From Rhodospirillales bacterium (GTDB lineage Bacteria; Pseudomonadota; Alphaproteobacteria; Rhodospirillales; UBA2165), in NCBI GenBank assembly GCA_046582495.1, contig JAYGEG010000152.1:5949-69948 (forward strand): a stretch of DNA of 64,000 bases, in the 5' to 3' direction. Below, one piece after another: positions 47,852 through 56,832 of the stretch (position 1 is the stretch's first letter; the number at the start of each line of letters is the position of its first letter). The position numbers and the translations under genes are program-made. The notes under the pieces were generated by a model. The model was not told the origin of the DNA and made no database searches. It worked only from the letters and a program-made list of their open reading frames with translations.

Positions 47852-49671
47852 TAAAATTTTTCCTTTTTGTCGCCGTAGCCGCGCGGCGTGTAAACCGAGG
47901 TCTTACCAGTGCCACGTTCAAAAGCACGGGTCTCACTGCTGCCAATCAATACAAGCGTCAGCATGTCTACGAGATCGGCGTCCAACTCACCCAAGGTGAT
48001 CACGTCCACGGTTTCTTCTTCGCGGCCGAGATTGCGGGCGAGCACGACTGGCGTTTCGGCAGGCCTTGAGGTTAAAACAATGTCTCGGGCAATGCCCAAT
48101 TGTACGCGGCGCTTTTTCGACACCGGGTTATAGAGCGCGATGACAAAATCACCTTCAGCGGCGGCCTTCAAACGCTGTTCGATCACTTCCCACGGAGTGA
48201 GAAGATTAGAGAGCGAAATCGTACAGAAATCATGGCCCAAGGGTGCGCCGCTTTTGGCCGCTGCGGCTTGCAGCGCAGAAATGCCCGGCACGACATGGGT
48301 TTCAATTCGCTGCCAGCCATCGTTACCACACAGCTCAATCAGCTCGAACACCAAGCTCGCCATCGCATAGATGCCGGCATCACCACTAGATACCAGCGCG
48401 ACTTCTTTGCCGGAGGCGGCGAGATTGAGCGCTTCAGCGACGCGGTCGCGTTCCTCGCCGAGCGCATAATCGTGGCGGATTTTACCCTCCATCAACGGCC
48501 CCAGCAGATCGAGATAAAGTTTGTAGCCAACAATATCCGTCGCGCGCGCGATCTCATTGGTTGCTTCGGGAGCCCGCCAATCATTGGTGCCGGGGCCGAT
48601 ACCGATTACTGAGAGCCGCCCGCAGCCGCGCCCGACGGTGTCCGGATCGATGATCGCCGGCGACAGCGCCACCGCGCAAGTCATGCCATCCCGCTTTTGC
48701 TTGGGAACAATCAGTTCGGCATCTGGACCTGCCGCAGCCAAGGCAGCGGCTTCAGAAACACTATGGGTGCCAACGGTCTCGAAGACATAGTCGGAAGGAT
48801 CAGTCACGCGTGGGGTTTCTTGCTCCAGCCGCGCTGCGTCAAACAAACGGACCGACACTTGGCCCAAACGCGCCATCTCGCGAATTGCGGTCTCGTCTTC
48901 TTTGACATCGATCGTCGCGATACAGGCAATCGCATGTTTGCCGAGGTCATGCTGTTTAAAAACATCAAAAAGGAAAGTCGCCAAATCACCGGCCTCAACG
49001 CCCCGCTCACACCCAATACCGAGCGCCAAAACGCCCGGCGATAGAATGAGATCATCGGTTTGTTCGGGAAGCCTGGCATGGGTCAGGCGAATGCAGTTTT
49101 GAGCATCATCCTTGAAAGAAATTCCCGCTTCTGTTAACCAGCTTTTATCAACGCCTTCACCCGTTTCATCTTGGAGCTGGACATTTTCGCCGCTCAAAAG
49201 CGCCGCCATCACCGGCTTGGCTGCGTTTGGGTTTGCCACGCGCCAACCCTCGGGCGGATCATCAAGCGCAATGCCAAACCGGCTATCACCCGCCGTGGTG
49301 ATGGTTGGTTCAATCGCCAAATTCATAGCGATATTTTGGGCAATTTTGTTGCCACCATTATGTCCGCCTAAAAGTGGCACTACGGATTTGCCATTTTCTG
49401 ACAAAGCTAGAACCGGCGGCTCTTTAGTTTTATTTGAAAGACTTGGTGCGAGTGCCCGGATGACAATCCCAGTTGAGGCAATTGCAACAATCGGATGCCC
49501 TTCTTCAAACAAATTTCGAAGATGCTCGAGAGTATTTTCAAAATGGAGCGATGCGGTCACAACCCGACCTTGCAAGCCATGAACCACGCTGCCGGAGAAA
49601 CCAGGTGTAAGTTTACGGGCGAGTGCCGCGCCAGTTTCGTTCAGTACAACAAAAACAGGGGATTTACTCAA
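47851..49671 (-). CDS. cobJ: fusion protein: CbiG (cobalt-precorrin-5A hydrolase-like) + precorrin-3B C17-methyltransferase
   Basis: 606 aa. The N-terminal ~330 aa have the CbiG N/mid/C layout. The C-terminal ~260 aa are a class-III tetrapyrrole methylase (LSVIGIGPG, VSSGDAGIYAMA). Confidence 0.85.
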   Translation of the reverse strand: MSKSPVFVVLNETGAALARKLTPGFSGSVVHGLQGRVVTASLHFENTLEHLRNLFEEGHPIVAIASTGIVIRALAPSLSNKTKEPPVLALSENGKSVVPLLGGHNGGNKIAQNIAMNLAIEPTITTAGDSRFGIALDDPPEGWRVANPNAAKPVMAALLSGENVQLQDETGEGVDKSWLTEAGISFKDDAQNCIRLTHARLPEQTDDLILSPGVLALGIGCERGVEAGDLATFLFDVFKQHDLGKHAIACIATIDVKEDETAIREMARLGQVSVRLFDAARLEQETPRVTDPSDYVFETVGTHSVSEAAALAAAGPDAELIVPKQKRDGMTCAVALSPAIIDPDTVGRGCGRLSVIGIGPGTNDWRAPEATNEIARATDIVGYKLYLDLLGPLMEGKIRHDYALGEERDRVAEALNLAASGKEVALVSSGDAGIYAMASLVFELIELCGNDGWQRIETHVVPGISALQAAAAKSGAPLGHDFCTISLSNLLTPWEVIEQRLKAAAEGDFVIALYNPVSKKRRVQLGIARDIVLTSRPAETPVVLARNLGREEETVDVITLGELDADLVDMLTLVLIGSSETRAFERGTGKTSVYTPRGYGDKKEKF

Positions 49672-50381
49672 AGTTCTAAAATCTCCCCGCTGCGGCGCAC
49701 AATGATCATCGAAAAATAGGGCGCACTGTCATCATTAAGATCGCTTAATGGCACAATCTTCTGATTTTTCATGGTTGCGCGCTCGATATAATGGGCGTTG
49801 TCCGTCGCGCCGATTTTCTCCAGCACACGCTTTATTTTGCCGAGGTGCCGCCCAACTTTGATGATCGCCGCGACATTGGTCGCCATTAGCTGCTGCTCGA
49901 GCGTTTCTTCGTCCAAGGGACCTGGGATCACCGTCACCACATCATTGCGCGCCGCCAAAGGAAGCGCCAACTCAGCCGAGCACGCCGCCAAGGAACTCAC
50001 GCCCGGCACGACCTGAACCGCGTAATTTTCTGAAAGCCTTGCAAACAAATACATGAACGAGCCATAGAAAAATGGATCGCCCTCACAGAGTACAGCAACG
50101 GATTTACCAGCATCGACCGCCGCGGCTATCTCGCTTGCTGCTTTATCGTAGACATCTTGCGCCGGATGACGCTCGACAACCATCGGCGTTGCTATGACAA
50201 TTTCCTCTTGAGTACCCGACATATGCGGCGCCGCAATTGAACGCACGAGACTTTCACCATCAGCAGGTGCAGGATACGCAATCACATCGGCGGCTTGCAG
50301 GATTTTCAAAGCTTTCACAGTAATAAGATCTGGGTCGCCCGGCCCAATGCCAAGCCCCCAAATTTTGATGTTTGCGTTCAT
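49668..50381 (-). CDS. cobI: precorrin-2 / cobalt-factor-II C20-methyltransferase
   Basis: 237 aa (IWGLGIGPGDPDLITVKA, LCEGDPFFYGS). Confidence 0.9.
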   Translation of the reverse strand: MNANIKIWGLGIGPGDPDLITVKALKILQAADVIAYPAPADGESLVRSIAAPHMSGTQEEIVIATPMVVERHPAQDVYDKAASEIAAAVDAGKSVAVLCEGDPFFYGSFMYLFARLSENYAVQVVPGVSSLAACSAELALPLAARNDVVTVIPGPLDEETLEQQLMATNVAAIIKVGRHLGKIKRVLEKIGATDNAHYIERATMKNQKIVPLSDLNDDSAPYFSMIIVRRSGEILEL

Positions 50382-51574
50382 GATTTATGTATTCTGAGTT
50401 GCGTTACGGGTTTTAGGGGCTGCCAGCCGGTAAAGCGGCCCATTTCGTGGGCGCGGGAAATCGCGATTTGGCATAACTCGCCGCCAAGCTCCGCCTGCAC
50501 TTCGATCAGGCGGCGCTCTCCTTCAAAGGTCACGGCATTGGCGACCAGACGGCCGCCTGGTTTTAAATTCTGCCAGCAATATTCGAGCAAGCCGCCGGAG
50601 GTTAAGCCGCCGCCGATAAACACAGCGTCCGGTGCCGGCAGACCCATGATCTCGTTCAAGGCTTCGCCAAAGACGACCTTTAAATCCGGCACACCGAGCG
50701 CCAGCGCATTATTGTTGATCATGGCCAAGCGATCCATATTGCGCTCGACGGCAAAGGCCTTGGCCCCCCGCGTCGCCCGCATCCACTCAATCGCGACAGA
50801 GCCACAGCCTGCCCCGATATCCCAAAGCATTTGCTCCGGCATGGGAGCCAATGCCGATATCGTTATTGCCCGAACTTCTCGTTTTGTAAGCTGGCCGTCA
50901 TGCTCAAACGCATCATCCGGCAGGCCAGGGACGCGCGGCAATATAACCGCTCCCTCATCCGCCACGCATTCAACCGCGACAGTATTAAGATCAGCTACAG
51001 CATCTTGACTCCAATCGGAGGCAGCCGCATCAAACCGCGCCTCCTCCGCGCCGCCAATATGAGCGAAGGCACTGACCGGACTATTGCCAAAGCCAGCCTC
51101 TTTCAGAAGCCCCGCAATCTGGCTCGGCGTGTTGCCGTCATTCGATAAGACGATTAGCTTTGCCCCAGGGCTCAAGAAGGCCTTAACCCGTTCGAGATCA
51201 CGGCCATGAACGGTCAGACACCCGGCCTCGCTTAACGGCCAGATCATCCGGGCGGCAACAAGCGAAAAGGCAGAGGGCGCGGGAATGACTTTAATTTCAT
51301 CCGGGCCATAGCGCCGTCCCAACGTCGCGCCAATGCCGAACCACATTGGATCACCGGTTGCGATCACCGTGACGTTTTGACCTTTGTGACCATCGAGCTC
51401 TGCATAGCTGTCTTCAAGCGGTGATTTCCATTGAATTCCTTTTTTGCCGATAAGCTGGAGATGGCGTTCCCCGCCGAACAATACATCGGCCTGATCAATG
51501 GCGTTTCGCGCATTGGCACCGAGCCCGTCCAAGCCGTCTTCGCCGATACCAACAATGGTGAGCCAGACGGTCAT
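50378..51574 (-). CDS. cobL: precorrin-6Y C5,15-methyltransferase (decarboxylating), CbiE+CbiT fusion
   Basis: 398 aa. An N-terminal tetrapyrrole-methylase domain and a C-terminal SAM-MTase (WDIGAGCGSVAIEW). Confidence 0.85.
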   Translation of the reverse strand: MTVWLTIVGIGEDGLDGLGANARNAIDQADVLFGGERHLQLIGKKGIQWKSPLEDSYAELDGHKGQNVTVIATGDPMWFGIGATLGRRYGPDEIKVIPAPSAFSLVAARMIWPLSEAGCLTVHGRDLERVKAFLSPGAKLIVLSNDGNTPSQIAGLLKEAGFGNSPVSAFAHIGGAEEARFDAAASDWSQDAVADLNTVAVECVADEGAVILPRVPGLPDDAFEHDGQLTKREVRAITISALAPMPEQMLWDIGAGCGSVAIEWMRATRGAKAFAVERNMDRLAMINNNALALGVPDLKVVFGEALNEIMGLPAPDAVFIGGGLTSGGLLEYCWQNLKPGGRLVANAVTFEGERRLIEVQAELGGELCQIAISRAHEMGRFTGWQPLKPVTQLRIHKS

Positions 51575-52200
51575 GCGTCACCTCCCAGCAAAACTGCGTT
51601 GACGGCAGCAGCAGCCAATGCCGAGCCACCCTTTCGGCCCTGCAAGGTGATAAACGGAATGCCTAAATTCTTCTCGATTAAATAAACTTTGGATTCAGCG
51701 GCACCGATGAAACCAACCGGAAAAGCGAAGATGGCTGCGGGCCTCGGACAATCACCCTCTGCCAACATATCGATCAAGTGAAACAACGCTGTCGGCGCAT
51801 TGCCAATTGCAACAATCGCGCCTTCTAAATGAGGCTTCCACAATTCAACCGCCGCCGCTGATCGCGTTGTCGCCAGGCTCTCGGCAAGCTCGGGCACAGC
51901 ATCGTCGCGCAAAGAACACAAAATCTCGACATCTTTGGGTAGGCGATCTTTCATGATGCCGGCGGCTACCATATTGGCATCGACAATAATTGGCGCGCCT
52001 GCAGTCAGCGCCGAAGAAGCCGCTTCAGCCACATCTCCGTCCCAGGCAATGTCTTCGACGATTTCCGGAATCGCGACGGCATGGACAAGACGCAGCACAA
52101 TTTTATGGAGGCTTTCCGGAAAGTCGGATAAATCAACTTCGCGCTCGATGGCGGCAAAGGATGCCCGGTAAATCTCGGCTGGATCCTTCAAATAAATCAT
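51571..52200 (-). CDS. cobH: precorrin-8X methylmutase
   Basis: 209 aa (RLVHAVA...IVDANMVAAGI...IGNAPTAL). Confidence 0.9.
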   Translation of the reverse strand: MIYLKDPAEIYRASFAAIEREVDLSDFPESLHKIVLRLVHAVAIPEIVEDIAWDGDVAEAASSALTAGAPIIVDANMVAAGIMKDRLPKDVEILCSLRDDAVPELAESLATTRSAAAVELWKPHLEGAIVAIGNAPTALFHLIDMLAEGDCPRPAAIFAFPVGFIGAAESKVYLIEKNLGIPFITLQGRKGGSALAAAAVNAVLLGGDA

Positions 52201-52217
52201 CTGCGGCAGCTCATGGG

Positions 52218-53210
52218 TTACTCGGCAGCTGCCGGATTGCGCTTGCCCGGCCCGTGCGGATGATCGGCATGCGGATGCGGCGCGTGGCCATGATCGTGTG
52301 TGTGATCGTGATCATGAGTGTGGGCTTCGCCGGTTCCAATGCCTTCGACATGATGGTGATGGCTTTCCTGCGGCAGTCCTTGATGGGCCTCAAATCCGAT
52401 GATCTGTTCACGGTATTTGCAGAGCAGACAATTCATCAGATTGTCGCCGCTGATAATTCCCCGCACACGTTCTTCAAAAGTATCAATGACACCTTTATGG
52501 TCATTGAGATAGCCCGCTTTGAGAAACTCAATTTGTGGAAATTGGGCAGCGATTTCATCAGTGATCGAATAAATTCGCTCGACCAAGATGCCGGTGAACA
52601 GAAAATAGGGGAAAACGATGATGCGTTTATAGCCAAGCTTCGCCGCGTGTTCGAGCCCGGGGGCGACAAGTGGGAATGTCACGCCGGAATAACACACCTC
52701 GCCCCAGCCATAGCCCATGCCTTCCCATAACATCCGGCAGATTTTGTTGATATTGCTGTTGGCATCGGGGTCCGACGTGCCGCGGCCAACCACCATCAAC
52801 AAGGTATCTTCGCGGGCAATCTGGGTTTCAGCACTTGCTTCGGCATCGGCAATACGGCCTTCGGCGGCGTAGAGCATTTTGGGATCAATATCGAGCGCTC
52901 GGGCGAACTCAATTTTCAAATCAATGTCGTTGCGCTCTGAGGCATATTGATTGAGCACCGAGGCGATATCATTTTTAACGTGACCCGCCGCAAACAACAT
53001 GCCGGGCACGGCCAAAATGTGATCGACCCCTTGATCGCAGAGTTTATCCAGACCTTCCCGTATAATCGGCGTGGCAAATTCTAAAAATCCGTATTCGACA
53101 GGGTACTCCGGAAAGCGCTCGGTGAGCTTCTCTTTCAAGGCGGCAAATTGAGTAACGGCATCAGTAGAGCGGCTGCCATGTCCGCAGATCATCACGCCTG
53201 TTTTGGTCAT
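52218..53210 (-). CDS. cbiX: sirohydrochlorin cobaltochelatase, long-form CbiX with MxCxxC motif and His-rich tail
   Basis: Two CbiX repeats (VMICGHGSRS..., LLMVVGRGTSDPDANS...), then MNCLLCKY, then the tail HHHHVEGIGTGEAHTHDHDHTHDHGHAPHPHADHPHGP. ATG at 53210; an alternative TTG lies at 53231. Confidence 0.8.
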   Translation of the reverse strand: MTKTGVMICGHGSRSTDAVTQFAALKEKLTERFPEYPVEYGFLEFATPIIREGLDKLCDQGVDHILAVPGMLFAAGHVKNDIASVLNQYASERNDIDLKIEFARALDIDPKMLYAAEGRIADAEASAETQIAREDTLLMVVGRGTSDPDANSNINKICRMLWEGMGYGWGEVCYSGVTFPLVAPGLEHAAKLGYKRIIVFPYFLFTGILVERIYSITDEIAAQFPQIEFLKAGYLNDHKGVIDTFEERVRGIISGDNLMNCLLCKYREQIIGFEAHQGLPQESHHHHVEGIGTGEAHTHDHDHTHDHGHAPHPHADHPHGPGKRNPAAAE

Positions 53211-53350
53211 TTTTGTTCCAGTCCGGCTCAATTGTTTTTTCGTTTTTCTGTTATTTCTTTTGGGAGCGGATCATAGCGGATCAAGTCCGGGAGCTAAAGG
53301 ATTTAACGCCCCTAATTGACGATTTTAACGCTCCCTGCTACGAGTGTTCC

Positions 53351-54340
53351 ATGCTTGGTTTAACAATCTTTCCGATTCTCCTGCTCGCCCTGATGATTGA
53401 CGCGGTTTTTGGCGATCCGAAGCCGCTCTACCGGTATGTACCGCACCCGGCACAGATAATGGGCTGGCTGATCGATCGGTGCGACAAACGCTTCAACAAT
53501 GAAAATGATACGGCAAAACAGCAGCGTATAAGTGGCGTCGTAACGACCGTGCTCATCGTCGCCGGTGCAGCTGGTATTGGATGGGGAATTGTCACCCTCA
53601 CAACGCTCATTCCCTATGGCTGGATTTTGGAAGCAATTGTATTGTCGACGATGATCGCGGGGCGCAGCCTCTACCAACATGTCGCTGCCGTTGCGAAAGC
53701 CCTCAAATCTGAGAACCTTGAAGAAGCGCGGGAAGCAGCTGGTCAGATCGTTGGCCGGGATACGGAAAATCTCGATCAGCATGGCGTTGCTCGGGCGGCG
53801 ATTGAATCTTTGTCCGAGAATTTCTCGGACGGCGTAGTGGCACCGATATTTTGGACCGCGCTTTTTGGCCTGCCGGGTGCTTTCGCCTATAAAGCGCTCA
53901 ACACCGCCGACAGCATGATCGGCCACAAGAACGAGCGTTATCTCTATTTCGGCTGGGCGGCGGCGCGGCTTGATGATGTCGCTAACTTTATTCCTGCCCG
54001 ACTATCTGCGCTCATTCTATGCCTCGCGGCATTTATCTGGGGACGCAACGAGGCCCGGCGCTCCTGGCTCGCGATCCGCCATGACGCCAAAAAGCAAACC
54101 TCAATTAACGCCGGTTATCCCGAAGCCGCCATGGCCGGCGCGCTCAATCTCAGACTGGCTGGCCCCCGCGATTACGACGACGAACCCCTCGACGGCGAAT
54201 GGATCGGCAGCGCTAACGAAGGCAGCACGTCGGATGCCACTCATGAGGACATCTCAAAAGGCCTGATGCTTTTTGTTAATGCGTGTTTGATATCGGCTGG
54301 TGTGATCGTGTTTTTGACTGTGTGGCTGGCGCAGGGGTGA
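53351..54340 (+). CDS. cbiB: adenosylcobinamide-phosphate synthase
   Basis: The CobD/CbiB membrane-protein core begins at MLGLTIFPILLLALMIDAVFGDP. The 46 codons upstream in the ORF track look non-coding. Confidence 0.85.
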   Translation: MLGLTIFPILLLALMIDAVFGDPKPLYRYVPHPAQIMGWLIDRCDKRFNNENDTAKQQRISGVVTTVLIVAGAAGIGWGIVTLTTLIPYGWILEAIVLSTMIAGRSLYQHVAAVAKALKSENLEEAREAAGQIVGRDTENLDQHGVARAAIESLSENFSDGVVAPIFWTALFGLPGAFAYKALNTADSMIGHKNERYLYFGWAAARLDDVANFIPARLSALILCLAAFIWGRNEARRSWLAIRHDAKKQTSINAGYPEAAMAGALNLRLAGPRDYDDEPLDGEWIGSANEGSTSDATHEDISKGLMLFVNACLISAGVIVFLTVWLAQG

Positions 54341-54552
54341 GGGGTGTACGGAAACCTAGTATTAACCGTACCCCTGGAAAATTCCACACTACTCTCGAAA
54401 GCAAACACAGGCTGCCTGAAAAGATTTCGACAGCTTGTAGCTGTTTTGGCCAATAGCGAACATTAATGATCAAAGTTGTTTATTAATCCCTCAAGTTCCG
54501 TAATCAGCGGCTTCAATTGATTCTCATATTCACGCCAGCGATTGACTGCAGA

Positions 54553-54681
54553 AGTGTATACTGGTTTGACGATGCTATTGCACGCGAGAAGAAGCTTAAA
54601 CGATGGCGGCGCAAGTGGAAACTTCAATTGATAGAAGACCTTAATCCTGAGTGGCGGGATTTATATGATGAGCTTTTTTGA
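54553..54681 (+). pseudogene. remnant of a small GIY-YIG (URI-domain) nuclease gene, C-terminal ~40 codons only
   Basis: The frame reads VYWFDDAIAREKKLKRWRRKWKLQLIEDLNPEWRDLYDELF*, the typical C-terminus of ~100-aa GIY-YIG proteins. There is no start codon or GIY-YIG N-terminal half. The frame is closed by a TAA at 54484. Confidence 0.55.
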
Positions 54682-54692
54682 AATGTAACAGG

Positions 54693-54720
54693 CTGGACCC
54701 TGGATCAAGTCCGGGGTGAC
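54693..54720. repeat. short palindromic (REP-like) element ctggaccctggatcaagtccggggtgac
   Basis: Second copy of the element at 16050..16077, 12 nt after the GIY-YIG remnant. The 14-nt core ggatcaagtccggg recurs at 53278..53291. Confidence 0.7.
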
Positions 54721-54750
54721 AGAATTGGTGGGGATCAAGGAGGGGGTGAG

Positions 54751-56208
54751 CTAGTCGGTAGCAGCCAGCAAACCCTCAATATCCAGCACGTCTTCAAAGA
54801 CATCTGCCACAGCATCAAGGGCGGTTTCGACTTGCAAATCATAGACAATGCCAGACTCGTCGCGGGCTTTCAAATGAGAAAGAAACGCGTGGCGGAAATC
54901 GTCATTGGCAAAAAGGCCGTGTAAATAACAGCCCATGATCTTGCCGTCTTTTGAGATCGCGCCAACGGGTTGATCGTTAATTACGGCAAAGGGCTGGTCA
55001 CAATCGGCACCGCTGGTCGTGCCGATATGCATTTCATAACCCTTGAATTCTCCAAGCCCAAGGGACGACGCAGCCGTTACTTCAACCAAAGACTTATCGC
55101 CGCCCATTTTGGTGGCAACGTCCAAATATCCAAGACCGTCGATGGCGGCAATATCACTTTCGGTTCTGCCCGGGTCAGTAATCGCCGTGCCGAGCATCTG
55201 ATAGCCAGCGCAAATGCCGAGAACACTGCGGTCCCTGCGAAGATGCGCCGCGATATCGATATCCCAGCCTTGATCTCGAAGATCAGCCAAATCGGCAATC
55301 GTGGTTTTGGAGCCCGGCAAAATGATCAAATCCGCATCGCCCGGCAGCACTTCGCCGCGCGGCACAATTTGTAGATCAACATCGGGCTCAGTAATCAAAG
55401 GATCAAAGTCGTCATAGTTTGAAATATGGGCGAGTTTCGGCACGACAATTTTGATCGCACCGCCGCTGCTTTTTTGCGCGGTATTCTCTAAAGTATGCGC
55501 ATCTTCCTGCGGCAGTTTTGCAGCTTCCGGCACAAAAGGAATGACGCCAAAACATTTGAGCCCGGTCTTTTGAGTGATAATGTCGATGCCGCTCTCAAAA
55601 AGCGTAACGTCGCCGCGAAACTTATTGATGACATAGCCTGCTATTAGCGCGCGCTCTTCCTCCGGCAGCAACTCCCAGGTGCCAACAACGCTGGCGATCA
55701 CGCCGCCCCTGTCGATATCGGCCACCAGCACGACCGGCGTTTTGGTCGCAACGGCAAAACCCATATTGGCAATGTCGTTCTCGCGGAGGTTAACCTCCGC
55801 CGCACTTCCCGCCCCTTCGATGAGCACAATGTCGGCGGTTTGTTTAAGGCGCTCAAAAGCCTCGACCACGACGGGCAACAGTTCAAGCTTCTTGGCCTGA
55901 TAGTCGCGGGCCGGGTAATTGCCCTCGGCTTTTCCCATCACCACCAACTGCGCGCCGATTTCTGATTGCGGCTTTAAGAGCACCGGGTTCATATCAATGT
56001 GCGGATCAACACCCGCGGCTTTGGCTTGCAAGGCTTGCGCGCGGCCAATCTCACCGCCCTCCGGCGTCACGGCTGCATTGTTTGACATGTTTTGTGGCTT
56101 AAACGGCCTGACCGTCATCCCGCGTTTGATCAGCGCCCGGCAGAGACCGGCGACGACAAGTGATTTGCCGACATCTGAGCCTGTCCCCTGGAACATGAGC
56201 GACGACAT
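54751..56208 (-). CDS. cobQ: cobyric acid synthase
   Basis: 485 aa. N-terminal DTB-synthetase-like domain (GTGSDVGKS) plus a GATase (ICAGYQMLG, GCYLHG). Confidence 0.9.
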   Translation of the reverse strand: MSSLMFQGTGSDVGKSLVVAGLCRALIKRGMTVRPFKPQNMSNNAAVTPEGGEIGRAQALQAKAAGVDPHIDMNPVLLKPQSEIGAQLVVMGKAEGNYPARDYQAKKLELLPVVVEAFERLKQTADIVLIEGAGSAAEVNLRENDIANMGFAVATKTPVVLVADIDRGGVIASVVGTWELLPEEERALIAGYVINKFRGDVTLFESGIDIITQKTGLKCFGVIPFVPEAAKLPQEDAHTLENTAQKSSGGAIKIVVPKLAHISNYDDFDPLITEPDVDLQIVPRGEVLPGDADLIILPGSKTTIADLADLRDQGWDIDIAAHLRRDRSVLGICAGYQMLGTAITDPGRTESDIAAIDGLGYLDVATKMGGDKSLVEVTAASSLGLGEFKGYEMHIGTTSGADCDQPFAVINDQPVGAISKDGKIMGCYLHGLFANDDFRHAFLSHLKARDESGIVYDLQVETALDAVADVFEDVLDIEGLLAATD

Positions 56209-56211
56209 TCG

Positions 56212-56832
56212 TTAAAACTCGATCCCGGCCTGCGCTTTATATCCATCCCGAAAATGATGTTTGATCTCAGTCATTTCGGTGACCAGATCAGCAATTTCGA
56301 TCAGTTCCGGTTTTGCATTACGCCCGGTGCAGATAACATGCATGTCAACGGGCTTGGCTTTGAGATAGTCCACGACTTCGTTGATATCGATATAGTCATT
56401 GCGCAGCACGATGTTGATCTCGTCCATAAGTACGAGCGCTAATTCGGGGTCTTCAATCATTTCTTTAGCCCGCGCCCAAGCCGCATTCGCGGCCTCGATA
56501 TCGCGCGCTCTATCTTGCGTTTCCCAGGTAAAGCCCTCGCCCATTGCGGTGATGGTGACAAGCTCCGGGAAAGCCTCCAGCACCACGCGCTCGCCGGTTT
56601 CCCATTTACCTTTAACAAATTGCACAATGCCGACTTTCATGCCGTGACCGATGCAGCGGGATACAATCCCCATCGCCGCCGTCGTCTTGCCCTTGCCTTT
56701 GCCGGTGTGAACGACCAGCAAACCGCCTTCTTTGGTTTTGGTGGCGAGAATTTTATCTTTGGCTGCTTTGTGCTTGCGGCGCTTTTCATTGGCCCGCGCG
56801 TTTAGTTCTTCTTCTGAGAGTTCGTCACTCAT
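56212..56832 (-). CDS. cobO: cob(I)yrinic acid a,c-diamide adenosyltransferase
   Basis: 206 aa (HTGKGKGKTTAAMG, LMDEINIVL). Confidence 0.9.
   Translation of the reverse strand: MSDELSEEELNARANEKRRKHKAAKDKILATKTKEGGLLVVHTGKGKGKTTAAMGIVSRCIGHGMKVGIVQFVKGKWETGERVVLEAFPELVTITAMGEGFTWETQDRARDIEAANAAWARAKEMIEDPELALVLMDEINIVLRNDYIDINEVVDYLKAKPVDMHVICTGRNAKPELIEIADLVTEMTEIKHHFRDGYKAQAGIEF

Noticed and set aside
53213-53350. 46-codon N-terminal extension of cbiB in the ORF track (MFQSGSIVFSFFCYFFWERII...).
   Set aside because: The CbiB family core begins at the ATG at 53351. The upstream part overlaps the cbiX start region, contains repeat fragments and looks non-coding.
53211-53350. A second cobalamin riboswitch in the cbiX/cbiB divergent spacer.
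   Set aside because: The spacer is only about 140 nt and has no B12 box or GGTGC-AAATCC-type conserved core on either strand.
54466-54540. A minus-strand frame reading ...RWREYENQLKPLITELEGLINNFDH* that looks protein-like.
   Set aside because: It has no start codon and no recognisable family. Upstream it becomes the antisense of the GIY-YIG remnant. It is too short to support.
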